A stretch of 64,000 nt of DNA from an uncultured Lachnospiraceae bacterium (GCA_934376955.1 CAKRPJ010000001.1:21396-85395), one strand, 5' to 3'; positions 8,704-18,225 are shown, counted from the stretch's first letter. Numbers and translations: made by a program. The notes: generated by a model from the letters alone, not told the origin.

Positions 8704-9210
8704 ATGGCTTTAACTACAGAACAAGTTTTTGCAATGGGTATTCTCTATAATCAACTAACCACAGCAGTTTATGGTGACGATGGTCCAAAAGCAAACAGCT
8801 TCCAAAACGCCACCATGTATCCGTTTTTGGAAATTACCAAGCTGATTCTTCGTGCCCGTTCTGAACGTCGTATCTCTCCAGAGCTGGATCGCCTGATTGC
8901 CCAAACATATTCAACCCTTACCGAAGAAGACGTTCAGAGCGGGTTTAGCAGCATTCTTCCCGTTGAACTGCAAGGTGCCTTTGCTCTTGGTTATTATCAT
9001 GGCCAGGTCGAAAAGTATTCGGATATCAAGCCCATCGGTCTCAAAGCCATGCGTGCCCGCGCTAATATGACTGTCCAACAGGCAGCAGATAAACTCGGTA
9101 TATCCGCCCGCCAATACCAACGTATTGAATCTGGCGAAAGCAAACCTACTGTTCAGGCAGCACAAACTCTTGCCTCGCTGTTTCAATGCTCTGTCAATGA
9201 TTTATTTTAA
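8704..9210 (+). CDS. XRE-family helix-turn-helix protein (HTH at the C-terminus, novel N-terminal domain)
   Basis: C-terminus TVQQAADKLGISARQYQRIESGES is an HTH_XRE. RBS AGGAGG 9 nt before the ATG at 8704. Confidence 0.7.
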   Translation: MALTTEQVFAMGILYNQLTTAVYGDDGPKANSFQNATMYPFLEITKLILRARSERRISPELDRLIAQTYSTLTEEDVQSGFSSILPVELQGAFALGYYHGQVEKYSDIKPIGLKAMRARANMTVQQAADKLGISARQYQRIESGESKPTVQAAQTLASLFQCSVNDLF

Positions 9211-9221
9211 GAGGTAGTTTC

Positions 9222-9812
9222 ATGCTTCGTCGCTGCACTCGCTGCGGAAGTTCATTTGAAGGGCAAAAAGAACAGCGCCTATGCCCCTCATGTCGTGAAC
9301 AGGCCGCTCATAAACCACGCATGATATCTCATGTTTGTAAGTCGTGTGGTGCTACTTTTACCGGTGGTCCTCGTGCATCTTTCTGCCCAGAATGTAAGGC
9401 GGAACGTGATAAGCAGGCTGTAAAAAAATGTCGGAACCTTGCTAAAAACAAGACCACTCGCCAAATTGGATCTACCGATATCTGTCAGCGGTGTGGCAAG
9501 CCTTATATTGTAAAAGGTGGCCTTCAAAAATATTGTCCAGAATGCGCCCCGATCTCCTTAAAAGAAAAAACCGAGCCGTTAAAACGTGCCTGGGCTGCCA
9601 ATTACCGTGAACAAAACCCAGACCACAAAAAGAACATGCAGAAAAACGGAACAATTTGTGTTGTCTGCGGAAAAACTTTTGCTGCAGTAGATCGTAGTAA
9701 TGCTTGTTCTCCTGAATGTTTAGCAATTCTTAAAAAACAACAGCAATACCATAAGGACATAAAACGTGGGCGTTATAAAAAAATATCAAACACAAAAGGA
9801 GAACCATCATGA
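9222..9812 (+). CDS. protein with four tandem CxxC...CxxC zinc-ribbon units
   Basis: Four units of C-x2-C-G-x(10-13)-C-(P/S)-E-C. RBS GAGG. Confidence 0.6.
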   Translation: MLRRCTRCGSSFEGQKEQRLCPSCREQAAHKPRMISHVCKSCGATFTGGPRASFCPECKAERDKQAVKKCRNLAKNKTTRQIGSTDICQRCGKPYIVKGGLQKYCPECAPISLKEKTEPLKRAWAANYREQNPDHKKNMQKNGTICVVCGKTFAAVDRSNACSPECLAILKKQQQYHKDIKRGRYKKISNTKGEPS

Positions 9813-10237
9813 TAACTGAAATTATTGTAGGGGTTCTTGCCTGTACCCGTAGAACCTCGGAACATGGCCCCGTCACAACAACCTATTTTACCTTTGTGTC
9901 AAATGATCCGTATCAGGCTCACCGTCTTCCGGCTGGCTGGGTTCTTCAAGGTCAAAAACCATCCGGTGTCCCCTGTAAAAAACTCGTCACCATCGAACTG
10001 CCAGATTATATTCATGATGCCAATAGCGATTTTGGCACTTACTATATTTCTGAATATTCCACCAAAGACGGCAACGCAAACAGGGTTTTCTTTTCCTGTG
10101 ATGTTATCCCCGTTCTGGACGGCTTTGAACCCGCAATCAACTCCGCCATTCAAACCATCAAGATCTCCACACCAACCCCATCCGGCAAGCGCGAAGATCT
10201 TCCTGCCAAAGTTCTTTCTGTTTCTGAACTGTATTGA
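9809..10237 (+). CDS. hypothetical protein (142 aa), start overlaps the previous stop (ATGA)
   Basis: Translational coupling. No recognisable motif. Confidence 0.5.
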   Translation: MITEIIVGVLACTRRTSEHGPVTTTYFTFVSNDPYQAHRLPAGWVLQGQKPSGVPCKKLVTIELPDYIHDANSDFGTYYISEYSTKDGNANRVFFSCDVIPVLDGFEPAINSAIQTIKISTPTPSGKREDLPAKVLSVSELY

Positions 10238-10258
10238 TACTTCCAACCTGCTAAAAAA

Positions 10259-10301
10259 TAGGGAGCACCCAAGGTTCCAAACCAAAGGTACTCCCTATTC
10301 C
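10259..10301 (+). terminator. stem AATAGGGAG...CTCCCTATT with a large loop after the + strand regulatory operon
   Basis: 9-bp inverted repeat followed by a T-containing tract. Confidence 0.35.
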
Positions 10302-10515
10302 TGTTTGTATAATTCTTTGCTGTTTTTACTCAAGCGTAAAATTTACTTGTGATCCAACGACTCTTTATGGTATACTATTTTCCAGAGGATTGAAGCTCCG
10401 CTGAATTTCACCCAACTTTATAAGCGCTTAGGCGGCCACCTCCCACTAGCCGGAAGGCTGAATGGAGGTTTAATCATTTTCGCCTTTCGGCAATCTTGTT
10501 GTCGGAGGTGATGTC

Positions 10516-10611
10516 ATGAATTCTATTATAGATGTGCTTGCAATCGTAAGCTGCATCGGTACATGGACTGGCATTTTTGTGGCCATTTATTTTGGTCGTA
10601 AAAAGAAATGA
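10516..10611 (+). CDS. 31-aa hydrophobic peptide MNSIIDVLAIVSCIGTWTGIFVAIYFGRKKK (type I toxin-like or membrane peptide)
   Basis: GGAGG 7 nt upstream of the ATG. Single TM helix plus KKK tail. Sits in a 400-bp non-coding stretch between convergent genes. Not in the ORF table because it is under 60 aa. Confidence 0.4.
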   Translation: MNSIIDVLAIVSCIGTWTGIFVAIYFGRKKK

Positions 10612-10762
10612 GGCTACCTAACTAGCACTTAGGCGGCCTCATCTGAACTGGGTACATTGTCCAAGATGTATTTGGTTCATTTGCAGCTAACTGAGGTATT
10701 CGCTTATTAAGAGCTTCAATCCTCTACTTGTATTATATACCATGGGTGGCAAGCTGTCAACC

Positions 10763-11137
10763 TTAACGCTTAAACAAAAACTCTTGTATATCGTCAAATG
10801 CTCGCTGCATCTGCTCCACATTGTCGCCGTTCAGGTTGTGCCCCAGCTGTGCAAATTCCGCCCGCAGCAGCATGTTAATGCTTTCATCCAGGCTATTCAG
10901 GTGCTTCTTCACACCCTCCAACTGTTTGTCAAACGTGTCGCAGCGCCCTTCCACCGTTTTCAGCCGCCCTTCAATCTTGTCCATCCGGGCATCCTGGTCT
11001 TTGTTTGGCTTTTTCAAAAAGTTGTTGAACTTAACCACCACGGCAATCGCAGCCGAAATACTAACCAACGCCCCACAAACTGAAAGCATCATCGTCAGTA
11101 TGTCCTGCGCCGTAAATGTAAATACCGGGTTAGGCAT
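10763..11137 (-). CDS. membrane-anchored coiled-coil protein, last gene of the lysis cassette
   Basis: N-terminal TM (LSVCGALVSISAAIAVVV) then a heptad-rich region. Confidence 0.5.
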   Translation of the reverse strand: MPNPVFTFTAQDILTMMLSVCGALVSISAAIAVVVKFNNFLKKPNKDQDARMDKIEGRLKTVEGRCDTFDKQLEGVKKHLNSLDESINMLLRAEFAQLGHNLNGDNVEQMQRAFDDIQEFLFKR

Positions 11138-11486
11138 CTGCGTTCACCTTCTCTCCGGCAGCAGCTTCACCCGCCTTCATCTGCTCGTAAGCCGCCTGGG
11201 CAATCGCACGCGCCTGCTCCTCTGTAATGGTAACGCCGGCCTGCTTGGCCACTTCCATAATCAGTTCTGCAGCACGCCTGTTCTTTTCCTCGCCGGAAAT
11301 ATCATTAAAATACTGCTTAATATATTTACAGGCGCTTAACCCCCACTGCATCAACAGCGGATAGCCGCTCAACAGGTTCAGCGCTTTATTTATTGTCTCC
11401 TGGGCGTTCGGCATCACATATTTGCCGACCATAAAAGCAATCACGCAAACCAGGCCCATCACAATATATACAATTCCCTGTTCCAT
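11130..11486 (-). CDS. putative holin (LL-H-like: N-terminal TM, charged C-terminal tail)
   Basis: TM IVYIVMGLVCVIAFMVG. C-terminus GVTITEEQARAIAQAAYEQMKAG resembles LL-H-family holins. RBS GGAGG. Confidence 0.5.
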   Translation of the reverse strand: MEQGIVYIVMGLVCVIAFMVGKYVMPNAQETINKALNLLSGYPLLMQWGLSACKYIKQYFNDISGEEKNRRAAELIMEVAKQAGVTITEEQARAIAQAAYEQMKAGEAAAGEKVNADA

Positions 11487-11488
11487 AC

Positions 11489-11791
11489 CTAACCTCCAAT
11501 CTCTTCCGTGTCACTTGTCTCATCAATCGGCGTAAAAATTTCATCACCAGGGGGCGCATTGTTACCCTCTGTTTTTTCTTCTTCCGCTACTTTTTCCCTC
11601 ACCTTAATCCAGGCGTTACACAAATTCTCTGCACTCATTGCCGCAAACAGCCCAATGTTAAAAGACGATTCCGGTAACTGTCCGGTCCTAAAACACAGGA
11701 TCATGTAAACAATCGCGTAAACAATCGTTGCGCCCATCGTAAAAACAATAATCTTTTTGCTGAACCTCATCAGGCTCCAGTTTTCCTTCAT
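11489..11791 (-). CDS. small 2-TM membrane protein (holin-like), start at the internal ATG
   Basis: Two hydrophobic helices. RBS AGGTGA before the ATG at 11791. Confidence 0.45.
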   Translation of the reverse strand: MKENWSLMRFSKKIIVFTMGATIVYAIVYMILCFRTGQLPESSFNIGLFAAMSAENLCNAWIKVREKVAEEEKTEGNNAPPGDEIFTPIDETSDTEEIGG

Positions 11792-11815
11792 AAAAATCAC
11801 CTGCTTTGGCTGCAC

Positions 11816-12568
11816 TCAGGTATGGCTCTTCACCGCTTTTTGGCTGATATAACCATAAACCGTTTTGAACCAGCCGTTCACGACCGTCTCATACCCAATG
11901 CAAACAGGCTTGCCGGTCTTGGCATCCGGGCTGCTGATCACCCCAACGGACTGGTACTGCATTCCGGCACCCTTGCGCACATTCCATTTGCCGTTGTTCA
12001 GGGTAATGGCTTTTGTCACAGTCTTTTTCACTGCCGGTTCAACCTTCGGCTCCTCAGCCGCTTCCTGCTTGTCCACCTGTACACTGTGCTGGTTTGCATT
12101 GGCCCACAAAATCACACCGCGGCTGGCCGGCTTAAAGTCATCATCCAGCCAACATAGCGGGTTCTCACGCACACCTTTCCAGCGCACCTCAAAGTGCAAA
12201 TGGGCACCAAAACAGTTGCCGGTCTGGCCGCTGTAGCCAATCACTTCGCCGGTTTTCACCTTCTGTCCAGCTTTCACTGTGATAGAATTCAAATGAGCAT
12301 ACAACGTTTCCAGCTTGCCGCCTTTATACGCCGTATGCTCAATCTTTACCATATTGCCATAACTGTTGGTGTCACCCTGGGTCACTCGCCCATTCCAATG
12401 GTAAACCACGCGCACCGTTCCATCTTCCGCCGCAAACACCGGTGTTCCCACCAAAGCGCGAAGGTCGATTGCCCTGTGCAGCGCCCCACTGTTATATTTC
12501 CAGCCAGCCGTAATCACATGCTGCGTCAACGGCCACCCAAAACATACTTCTCCATTCTTCAGCCGCAT
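11816..12568 (-). CDS. M23 (LytM-type) peptidase, putative endolysin
   Basis: GYSGQTGNCFGAHLHFEVRW is the M23 HxH region. RBS AAGGAGG before the ATG at 12568. Confidence 0.8.
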   Translation of the reverse strand: MRLKNGEVCFGWPLTQHVITAGWKYNSGALHRAIDLRALVGTPVFAAEDGTVRVVYHWNGRVTQGDTNSYGNMVKIEHTAYKGGKLETLYAHLNSITVKAGQKVKTGEVIGYSGQTGNCFGAHLHFEVRWKGVRENPLCWLDDDFKPASRGVILWANANQHSVQVDKQEAAEEPKVEPAVKKTVTKAITLNNGKWNVRKGAGMQYQSVGVISSPDAKTGKPVCIGYETVVNGWFKTVYGYISQKAVKSHT

Positions 12569-12579
12569 CTTTATCCTCC

Positions 12580-13530
12580 TTATCTTGTTCTCTTCCACAT
12601 ATAAACCACCAGATAGGGCGGCATGTTGTTGTGGGCTGCCCCGGAACCGCCGGAGGCGACTGTTACGGTTTTGGATTCCCAGTTCGGAATACCCCAGCCA
12701 CTTGATTGCGTTTGGACATACGCATCCGCAGAGCTTCCGGTTTTGGAGCGTATTACGTTGCTTCCGTTGGCCACAGACAGCGAATAATTCGGTAGCTCGC
12801 TTTGTGTAAGCTTATGGGTAAATTCACCCCCAGTACCACCTGCGGGATAACTACTGGAAGCACCAAGCAAAAAGCGTTCAGAAATTCTTTCCCAGGTACC
12901 GCCAAACAAAGTTGCTGGGCTTGTGCTGCTTACGCTCATGTAAATGCTGCCAATCGGCCAGGCTGCAAGTTTTGCTTCCGCAATGGCCGCCTTCACCGCC
13001 GCCGGTGTTGCCGCAATACCACCATTGGTCGAACTCGTTGAACTGGTCGAATCACTCAATTTCACACCGCCCAAAGTCGAAGCATTACCTGTCGGCAGTG
13101 TATATTTCGTATCTGTTGTCGGCGGTGTATACCCCAAAGCATTTGTCACATTCGCCTTTGTCAAACTAATCGTGCCGGAATTCTCCGTAATGTTACTCCC
13201 GATTTTTACACCACCCAAAGTCCAAGCACTCGCGGTTGGCAGTGTGTACTTGGTATCAGTCGTAGGTGGCGTATAACCCAGTGCATTTGTCACGTTAGTC
13301 TTACTAAGGCTGATCGTACCGCTGCTCACCGTAATATTGCTGCCAATCTTTACACCACCCAGGGTTGAACCTGTCGCCGCAGGCAGCGTATAAGTCGATC
13401 CACTACTTGCAGGTGTCATGTAAATCTGGTTTGCATTCAAAGTGCCTGCATTCTTGGCACTGTCATATTGGCTCTGTGTTAGGTAGTTAATTACTAAACT
13501 ATCTAGCTTTGTATTTGTCGCCATAATCAT
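12580..13530 (-). CDS. tail fibre protein with three tandem ~45-aa repeats and a C-terminal tail-collar-like domain
   Basis: Three copies of GGVKIGSNIT..SGTISL..NVTNALGYTPPTTDTKYTLP. C-terminus WPIGSIYMS...LFGGTWE resembles the collar motif. Confidence 0.7.
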   Translation of the reverse strand: MIMATNTKLDSLVINYLTQSQYDSAKNAGTLNANQIYMTPASSGSTYTLPAATGSTLGGVKIGSNITVSSGTISLSKTNVTNALGYTPPTTDTKYTLPTASAWTLGGVKIGSNITENSGTISLTKANVTNALGYTPPTTDTKYTLPTGNASTLGGVKLSDSTSSTSSTNGGIAATPAAVKAAIAEAKLAAWPIGSIYMSVSSTSPATLFGGTWERISERFLLGASSSYPAGGTGGEFTHKLTQSELPNYSLSVANGSNVIRSKTGSSADAYVQTQSSGWGIPNWESKTVTVASGGSGAAHNNMPPYLVVYMWKRTR

Positions 13531-14921
13531 ATACCTCTCGTTACAATCGCACTGATTGCGGATAATTCGCTCGGCAGCCCAGTCAGTTTGCCGTTGCTGA
13601 TGCTTAGGCTCAAACTGGTGCTGCTTGGGCTGCCCCAGCTGGCGCTTTTGTAGTATCTATCGCCCTCAAACGCGATCAGGCTCGTAGTCTGCCCGCCCCA
13701 ACCGCTGGAACTGGTCATGGTGCCGTAGCCCCAAATTTTGATTGCCCCGTCAGTGCGCTTAAAACTAACGCTGGGGTTGGTGTTCGTAATGGCATATGCC
13801 TCAATGTTGTTATTGCTGCTGCCGCTGCTTGACGATACATTCACCGTCACCTTGCCGCTGCCGTTGTGGTAGCCCGCTGGGATTGTATAGCTACCGTTTG
13901 CGGTCATAGTCTTGCTCACCGCCCCGTTGTTGGTCATGGTGCCGGTCAGTTTGCTGCCGTTCACATACGCCGTTTTGCCGCTCAGGATGTTGGCGGCGGT
14001 CGCGGTCGCATCGCTGGTATCCACGCCGCTGGAAGAGCCGCTTGCCGTCACGCTGCCGCGGCCATTATGGTAGCCAGCCGGGATGGTCACGCTTGCGCCG
14101 GGCGCAATGGTCGATGTCCACGCACCGTTGTTGGTCATAGTACCGGCCTGGTTTAGATAACCCCTGTAATAAGTGTAGCTATATGATGGAGAAGGTGACG
14201 TTTTCGTATAATATCCGGAAAAATTGTATCCCTCCAGCACATAATCAGGGGAACATCGCCCCAGATAGCGCACATCAATGCCGAAAGTGTTTTCTCTGGA
14301 GTTATCCAATATAGCTCGCGAGCTGCCGCTTGCGTCCGTTGTATATGTTAAAAAACTTGTCGCTTTGGACTTCGGACTTTCATCCACAAGACTGATTTGG
14401 GCAGAATCTACTACATCGTAATCAGCCTCCACAGAAACCGTACTGTCTGTCAAAGTCCCCGTCACTTTCTCCCCGTTCACATACGCGGTTTTCCCTTTGG
14501 CAATATCACTCGCCGTCGCGTCCGCGTCGCTGGTATCCGTGCCGCCAGAACTGCTGCTCCCAGCATAACTACCTGTCACATTAAAAATCTTCACACCGCT
14601 TCTAATGTTACCGGCGGTCAAATTGCTGTCACCTTTAATCGTCTGGGTTCCATTCAAATACTGGCCGGATGCAATGCTCTGGTCACTCGTTCCCGGCGTA
14701 TAAGTCGCAGCACTCTTTTTCGTTACGCCGCTTCCCACATAAGTTCTCGATACTGCATTTACTGTAACCTGGCTCAAACCGTCATAGCCATTGTCTGCCT
14801 TGATCGTCTGTGCGCTCTCACTGGGGCTAACCGTCTTGCTCTGCAAACTCGCCCCACTGGCACCACCAGTCACAAAACCTCCCTGCATATCCACCTGCGT
14901 ACTTCCTAAATAAACTCCCAT
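13527..14921 (-). CDS. tail fibre-like protein with repeated D(T)SDA(T)A..I..GKTAYVNG.K(L/V)TG(T)(L/M)T motif
   Basis: Internal protein repeats. S/T/G-rich composition typical of fibres. Confidence 0.6.
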   Translation of the reverse strand: MGVYLGSTQVDMQGGFVTGGASGASLQSKTVSPSESAQTIKADNGYDGLSQVTVNAVSRTYVGSGVTKKSAATYTPGTSDQSIASGQYLNGTQTIKGDSNLTAGNIRSGVKIFNVTGSYAGSSSSGGTDTSDADATASDIAKGKTAYVNGEKVTGTLTDSTVSVEADYDVVDSAQISLVDESPKSKATSFLTYTTDASGSSRAILDNSRENTFGIDVRYLGRCSPDYVLEGYNFSGYYTKTSPSPSYSYTYYRGYLNQAGTMTNNGAWTSTIAPGASVTIPAGYHNGRGSVTASGSSSGVDTSDATATAANILSGKTAYVNGSKLTGTMTNNGAVSKTMTANGSYTIPAGYHNGSGKVTVNVSSSSGSSNNNIEAYAITNTNPSVSFKRTDGAIKIWGYGTMTSSSGWGGQTTSLIAFEGDRYYKSASWGSPSSTSLSLSISNGKLTGLPSELSAISAIVTRGI

Positions 14922-14928
14922 ATAAAAA

Positions 14929-16410
14929 TCACCACCTGCTAATTGTCACACTTGTTGCGCCCACACTAGCTGCCGTAATGCTGATAGATTTCGCACTGCT
15001 GCCATCCCATGCACCCTGGCTTGTCCCGTTCAGGTTAATCGTTAAAGCTGCATTCACCTTGTTGGCGCTCGTTGCGGCACCGCCTGCGCTGCTGGACCCA
15101 GCATAATTGTGGGTATGGCCGCTTGCCGCTTTACCATCAATCAAACCTTTCAATACCTTGCCCTGGTTCGCGCTCAAGCTATCTGTAGTCGAAGTCGAAG
15201 TCAAGTTGTCCTGGATTCCTCGCCATGTATTTGCCGGCACAGCCCAGGTTCCGTCTCCACGCAAGTAATATGTCTGTTGGCCTTTGGCCGGTGCCGGAAC
15301 AAGTCCTGTACTACCCGCCACATCAGCGGTCGCTTTCGCAAACACACCATAAGTTGTATTCGTATCCGGGGGTACAGCCCAGGTTCCGTCACTGCGCAGG
15401 TAACGGTTCGCATTGCCCGCCACTGGCGCAATCACCAAGCCGGTACTGCCCGCTTCGCTTGTGGTCGCTCCCTTAAAGGTGCCATAAGTCGTGTTGGTAT
15501 CCTGGGTCGTAATCGTCCCGGTCGTGTTGTCGTCCTTTGTATAAGTAATGGTTGTACCGCTTACACTTAAATTTTTAATTACCCCATGCGTATGGCTGCT
15601 CGGTGTAAAGGTGCTCGGCTTGCCTGTCACGCTATCCCAAGTATGGGTATGTCCCATAGCCGCCTTGCCATCCACCAGGGTTTTCAGCGCTTTGCCCTGC
15701 GCTGCGCTCAAACTGTCGGTCGTACTGTCGCTGGTCAAATTGTTTTGGATGCCGCGCCAAGTGTCGGTATCTGTCAGCTTGTCCTGCACCCATCCGCCCC
15801 AAGTCCCGTTTGCACAATGGCGGCGGTAAGCAGCACTGTCGCCGTAAATAATCTGGGTATAATAATTTCCACTTGCCCGGTGAATCACAATCAGGCCAAA
15901 ATGGTCTACGTTACTTGGTTTATTTGTCACGCTGTTGCCGCCGCCAGAACTGTAAAATCCTGGTGTCACCACATCGTTCAAGTTCTCATTTGTCAACACA
16001 ATCATGGCGGCCTTGCTCTCATTCAGGATCTTACCCTGGTTTGCCGCAAGGCTCTGGTCGGTCGCGCTGCTGGTTAAGTTGTTCACAACCGGCCGCCATG
16101 TGTTTGTGTCCTGTTCGGGTGGGGTGTATCCCAGTGCATTCTTTACATTGTCCGCCGTCACACTAAGCACGCCGCTGTTGTTTGTAATGTTCGCTCCGGT
16201 TTTCACGCCGCCCAACACACTGCTTGTCGCCGTGGGCAGGCTATATTTGTTCGCCCCCTCGGCAATCCCATCCAATTTTTTCTTATCGGCTGCGCTCATA
16301 AAGCCAGCCGCGCTCTGTGTAGCTCCCCCGTGCCCGTGGCTAATGGGCGCAAAAATGGTTTTCAGCTTGCCAAAAAAGTAGCTCAACCCCGCGTTACTCA
16401 AATATCCCAC
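14929..16410 (-). CDS. tail fibre paralog (GTG start) carrying NVKNALGYTPP and AGSTGLV(I/P)AP..G...YLR.DGTWA.P repeats
   Basis: Shares repeat modules with the neighbouring fibre genes. Confidence 0.6.
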   Translation of the reverse strand: MGYLSNAGLSYFFGKLKTIFAPISHGHGGATQSAAGFMSAADKKKLDGIAEGANKYSLPTATSSVLGGVKTGANITNNSGVLSVTADNVKNALGYTPPEQDTNTWRPVVNNLTSSATDQSLAANQGKILNESKAAMIVLTNENLNDVVTPGFYSSGGGNSVTNKPSNVDHFGLIVIHRASGNYYTQIIYGDSAAYRRHCANGTWGGWVQDKLTDTDTWRGIQNNLTSDSTTDSLSAAQGKALKTLVDGKAAMGHTHTWDSVTGKPSTFTPSSHTHGVIKNLSVSGTTITYTKDDNTTGTITTQDTNTTYGTFKGATTSEAGSTGLVIAPVAGNANRYLRSDGTWAVPPDTNTTYGVFAKATADVAGSTGLVPAPAKGQQTYYLRGDGTWAVPANTWRGIQDNLTSTSTTDSLSANQGKVLKGLIDGKAASGHTHNYAGSSSAGGAATSANKVNAALTINLNGTSQGAWDGSSAKSISITAASVGATSVTISRW

Positions 16411-16438
16411 TTTACCACACCTCCTCTTGATTTAGTTT

Positions 16439-17692
16439 TTAAGATGCCAAAATGGTATCAATTTCAGTATTCTGGATCGCATCAATGGTAAACACCTGGC
16501 CCAGTCCATCCCACTTCTCGCCATTCCAAGCATAGTTCATGCCATCGCCAACGTCGTATACATCGCCAATGGTCTGGCCACTGGTCGGCAGCTTGTCATA
16601 GCTTGCCACACTGCCTTTGTAACGGTACATAGCGGTAATGTCGCTCTTCAGGGCATAGGTACTTGCCGCGCCAAAACCATCCAGTTTCTTCTTGTCGGCA
16701 GTGCTCATCAGACCATGGGTGCTCTGGGTAGCATCATTATAGGTGGTGTTGGTGCTGGGAATACCCAATGCCGTAATATCGCCCTTGGCAACCGCAGTCA
16801 CAGCGCTCACATGTCCGGTCGCATCCACAGTAATTTTGTACAGGCCACTGTCATGTGCGGTATAGCTGGGGTGTACATACTTGTTGGCACCGGTGGCAAT
16901 GCCGTCCAACTTCTTTTTATCTGCGGCAGTCATCAGTCCGTGTGCGCTCTGGGTTACATCGTTGTAAGTGGTATTGGTTGGGGTTGCCCAGGTACCATCA
17001 CCGCGCAGGTACAAACCCTGCTGCCCTTTGGCAGGTGCGTTCACCAGGCCGGAACTACCAGCCGTATCAGCAGTCGCACCCTTAAAATTGGTATAGGTGG
17101 TATCTTTGTCGGCAACCCACTTGGCCGTACCATCGGCACTCCAGCCCAGGATCATGCCGTCAGAACCACCTACCGGGATGTGCTTGTTGCCGCTTGTGAC
17201 TGGGTGTACATATTTGTTTGCGCCGTCCGCAACACCGTCCAGCTTCTTCTTATCGGCGGCACTCATCAGGCCAGCGCTCGTGGTGCTTGCAGCTCCATAG
17301 GTGGTGTCCGGCGGGGTCGTCCAAGCACCGGTCGAATCCAGCCAGCGCTGCGCACCCTTCGTCGGGCTGGGCACCAGTCCGCTCTTGCCATCCGCATCAG
17401 CCGTTGCGCCGCTCATCACACTGTAGGTGGTATCCTTTTCGTTTACCCACTTAGCGGTGCCGTCCGCGCTCCAACCCAAAATCTGGTTGGCACTACCGCC
17501 TGCAGGGATATGCTTATTCCCGCTGGTTGTCGGGTGGGTGTAATTCTTCAGCCCGGCCAGCTTATTCTTCTCAGCAGTGGTATAGTCGTTGGTCGAAAGT
17601 CCCTTGCCATCAATCTTATCCACCTTACCGGCCAGCAAAGCTTTAATTTTCTGCCAAAAATAAAGCAGACCGTCATAATTCAAAAATGCCAT
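16439..17692 (-). CDS. tail fibre paralog with KKKLDG and SGLV.(A/S)P.KG... repeats
   Basis: Four to five tandem ~45-aa repeats. RBS AAGGAG. Confidence 0.6.
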   Translation of the reverse strand: MAFLNYDGLLYFWQKIKALLAGKVDKIDGKGLSTNDYTTAEKNKLAGLKNYTHPTTSGNKHIPAGGSANQILGWSADGTAKWVNEKDTTYSVMSGATADADGKSGLVPSPTKGAQRWLDSTGAWTTPPDTTYGAASTTSAGLMSAADKKKLDGVADGANKYVHPVTSGNKHIPVGGSDGMILGWSADGTAKWVADKDTTYTNFKGATADTAGSSGLVNAPAKGQQGLYLRGDGTWATPTNTTYNDVTQSAHGLMTAADKKKLDGIATGANKYVHPSYTAHDSGLYKITVDATGHVSAVTAVAKGDITALGIPSTNTTYNDATQSTHGLMSTADKKKLDGFGAASTYALKSDITAMYRYKGSVASYDKLPTSGQTIGDVYDVGDGMNYAWNGEKWDGLGQVFTIDAIQNTEIDTILAS

Positions 17693-17733
17693 ATTGTTTT
17701 CTCCTTGTATTATAAAGTAGTAGTTTATAGCCC

Positions 17734-18204
17734 CTATTCGTCTTTGAATAAATTATCAATTTCGGTATTCGTGATCTCATCAATCACAGCTTCCGGGTTT
17801 GGGGTGTTGATAATCAGTCGCCCATCTGCATCCGCCGTTACGCTCGTAATGCCGGTGCCGCGCACCTTTACCGTACCCTTTGCCACATCACCATGTTTCA
17901 GCTCCAAATTGGCTTCTGTGGCATCAGCCTTGCTGGCCCCAATTGTAAAATCCGTATCATTCAGCATTACCCAACCAGAGTTATAAATATATAAATCTCC
18001 GGGCGGCAGGTAATAAATCTTCCCGGCCAGCGGGGCCAATGGCAGCTCACTTACTCGTTCCAGATCGCTTCCAATCCGAACTCGCCCACCGGCTGTGTCC
18101 CGGTAAGTGTTTCCCGTATCCAAGCAGCATACCAGCTGTCCATCCACAATAGGAGTTTTATCCAGCTGCGACTGTTGGATCTCGCATAAAGAAAGTTTTG
18201 ACAT
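17734..18204 (-). CDS. hypothetical tail-associated protein (start at the internal ATG)
   Basis: RBS AAAGGAG before the ATG at 18204. The upstream part of the table ORF is a terminator region. Confidence 0.5.
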   Translation of the reverse strand: MSKLSLCEIQQSQLDKTPIVDGQLVCCLDTGNTYRDTAGGRVRIGSDLERVSELPLAPLAGKIYYLPPGDLYIYNSGWVMLNDTDFTIGASKADATEANLELKHGDVAKGTVKVRGTGITSVTADADGRLIINTPNPEAVIDEITNTEIDNLFKDE

Positions 18205-18225
18205 CGTAAAACTCCTTTTTGTAAC

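Noticed and set aside
10340-10760. Possible tRNA or tmRNA in the 400-bp intergenic region (and in 53840-54114)
   Set aside because: No cloverleaf with a GTTC-type T-arm or a CCA-proximal acceptor stem could be folded by eye. The regions are better explained as a peptide-gene cassette and a TnpB 3' RNA region. tRNAscan was not run.
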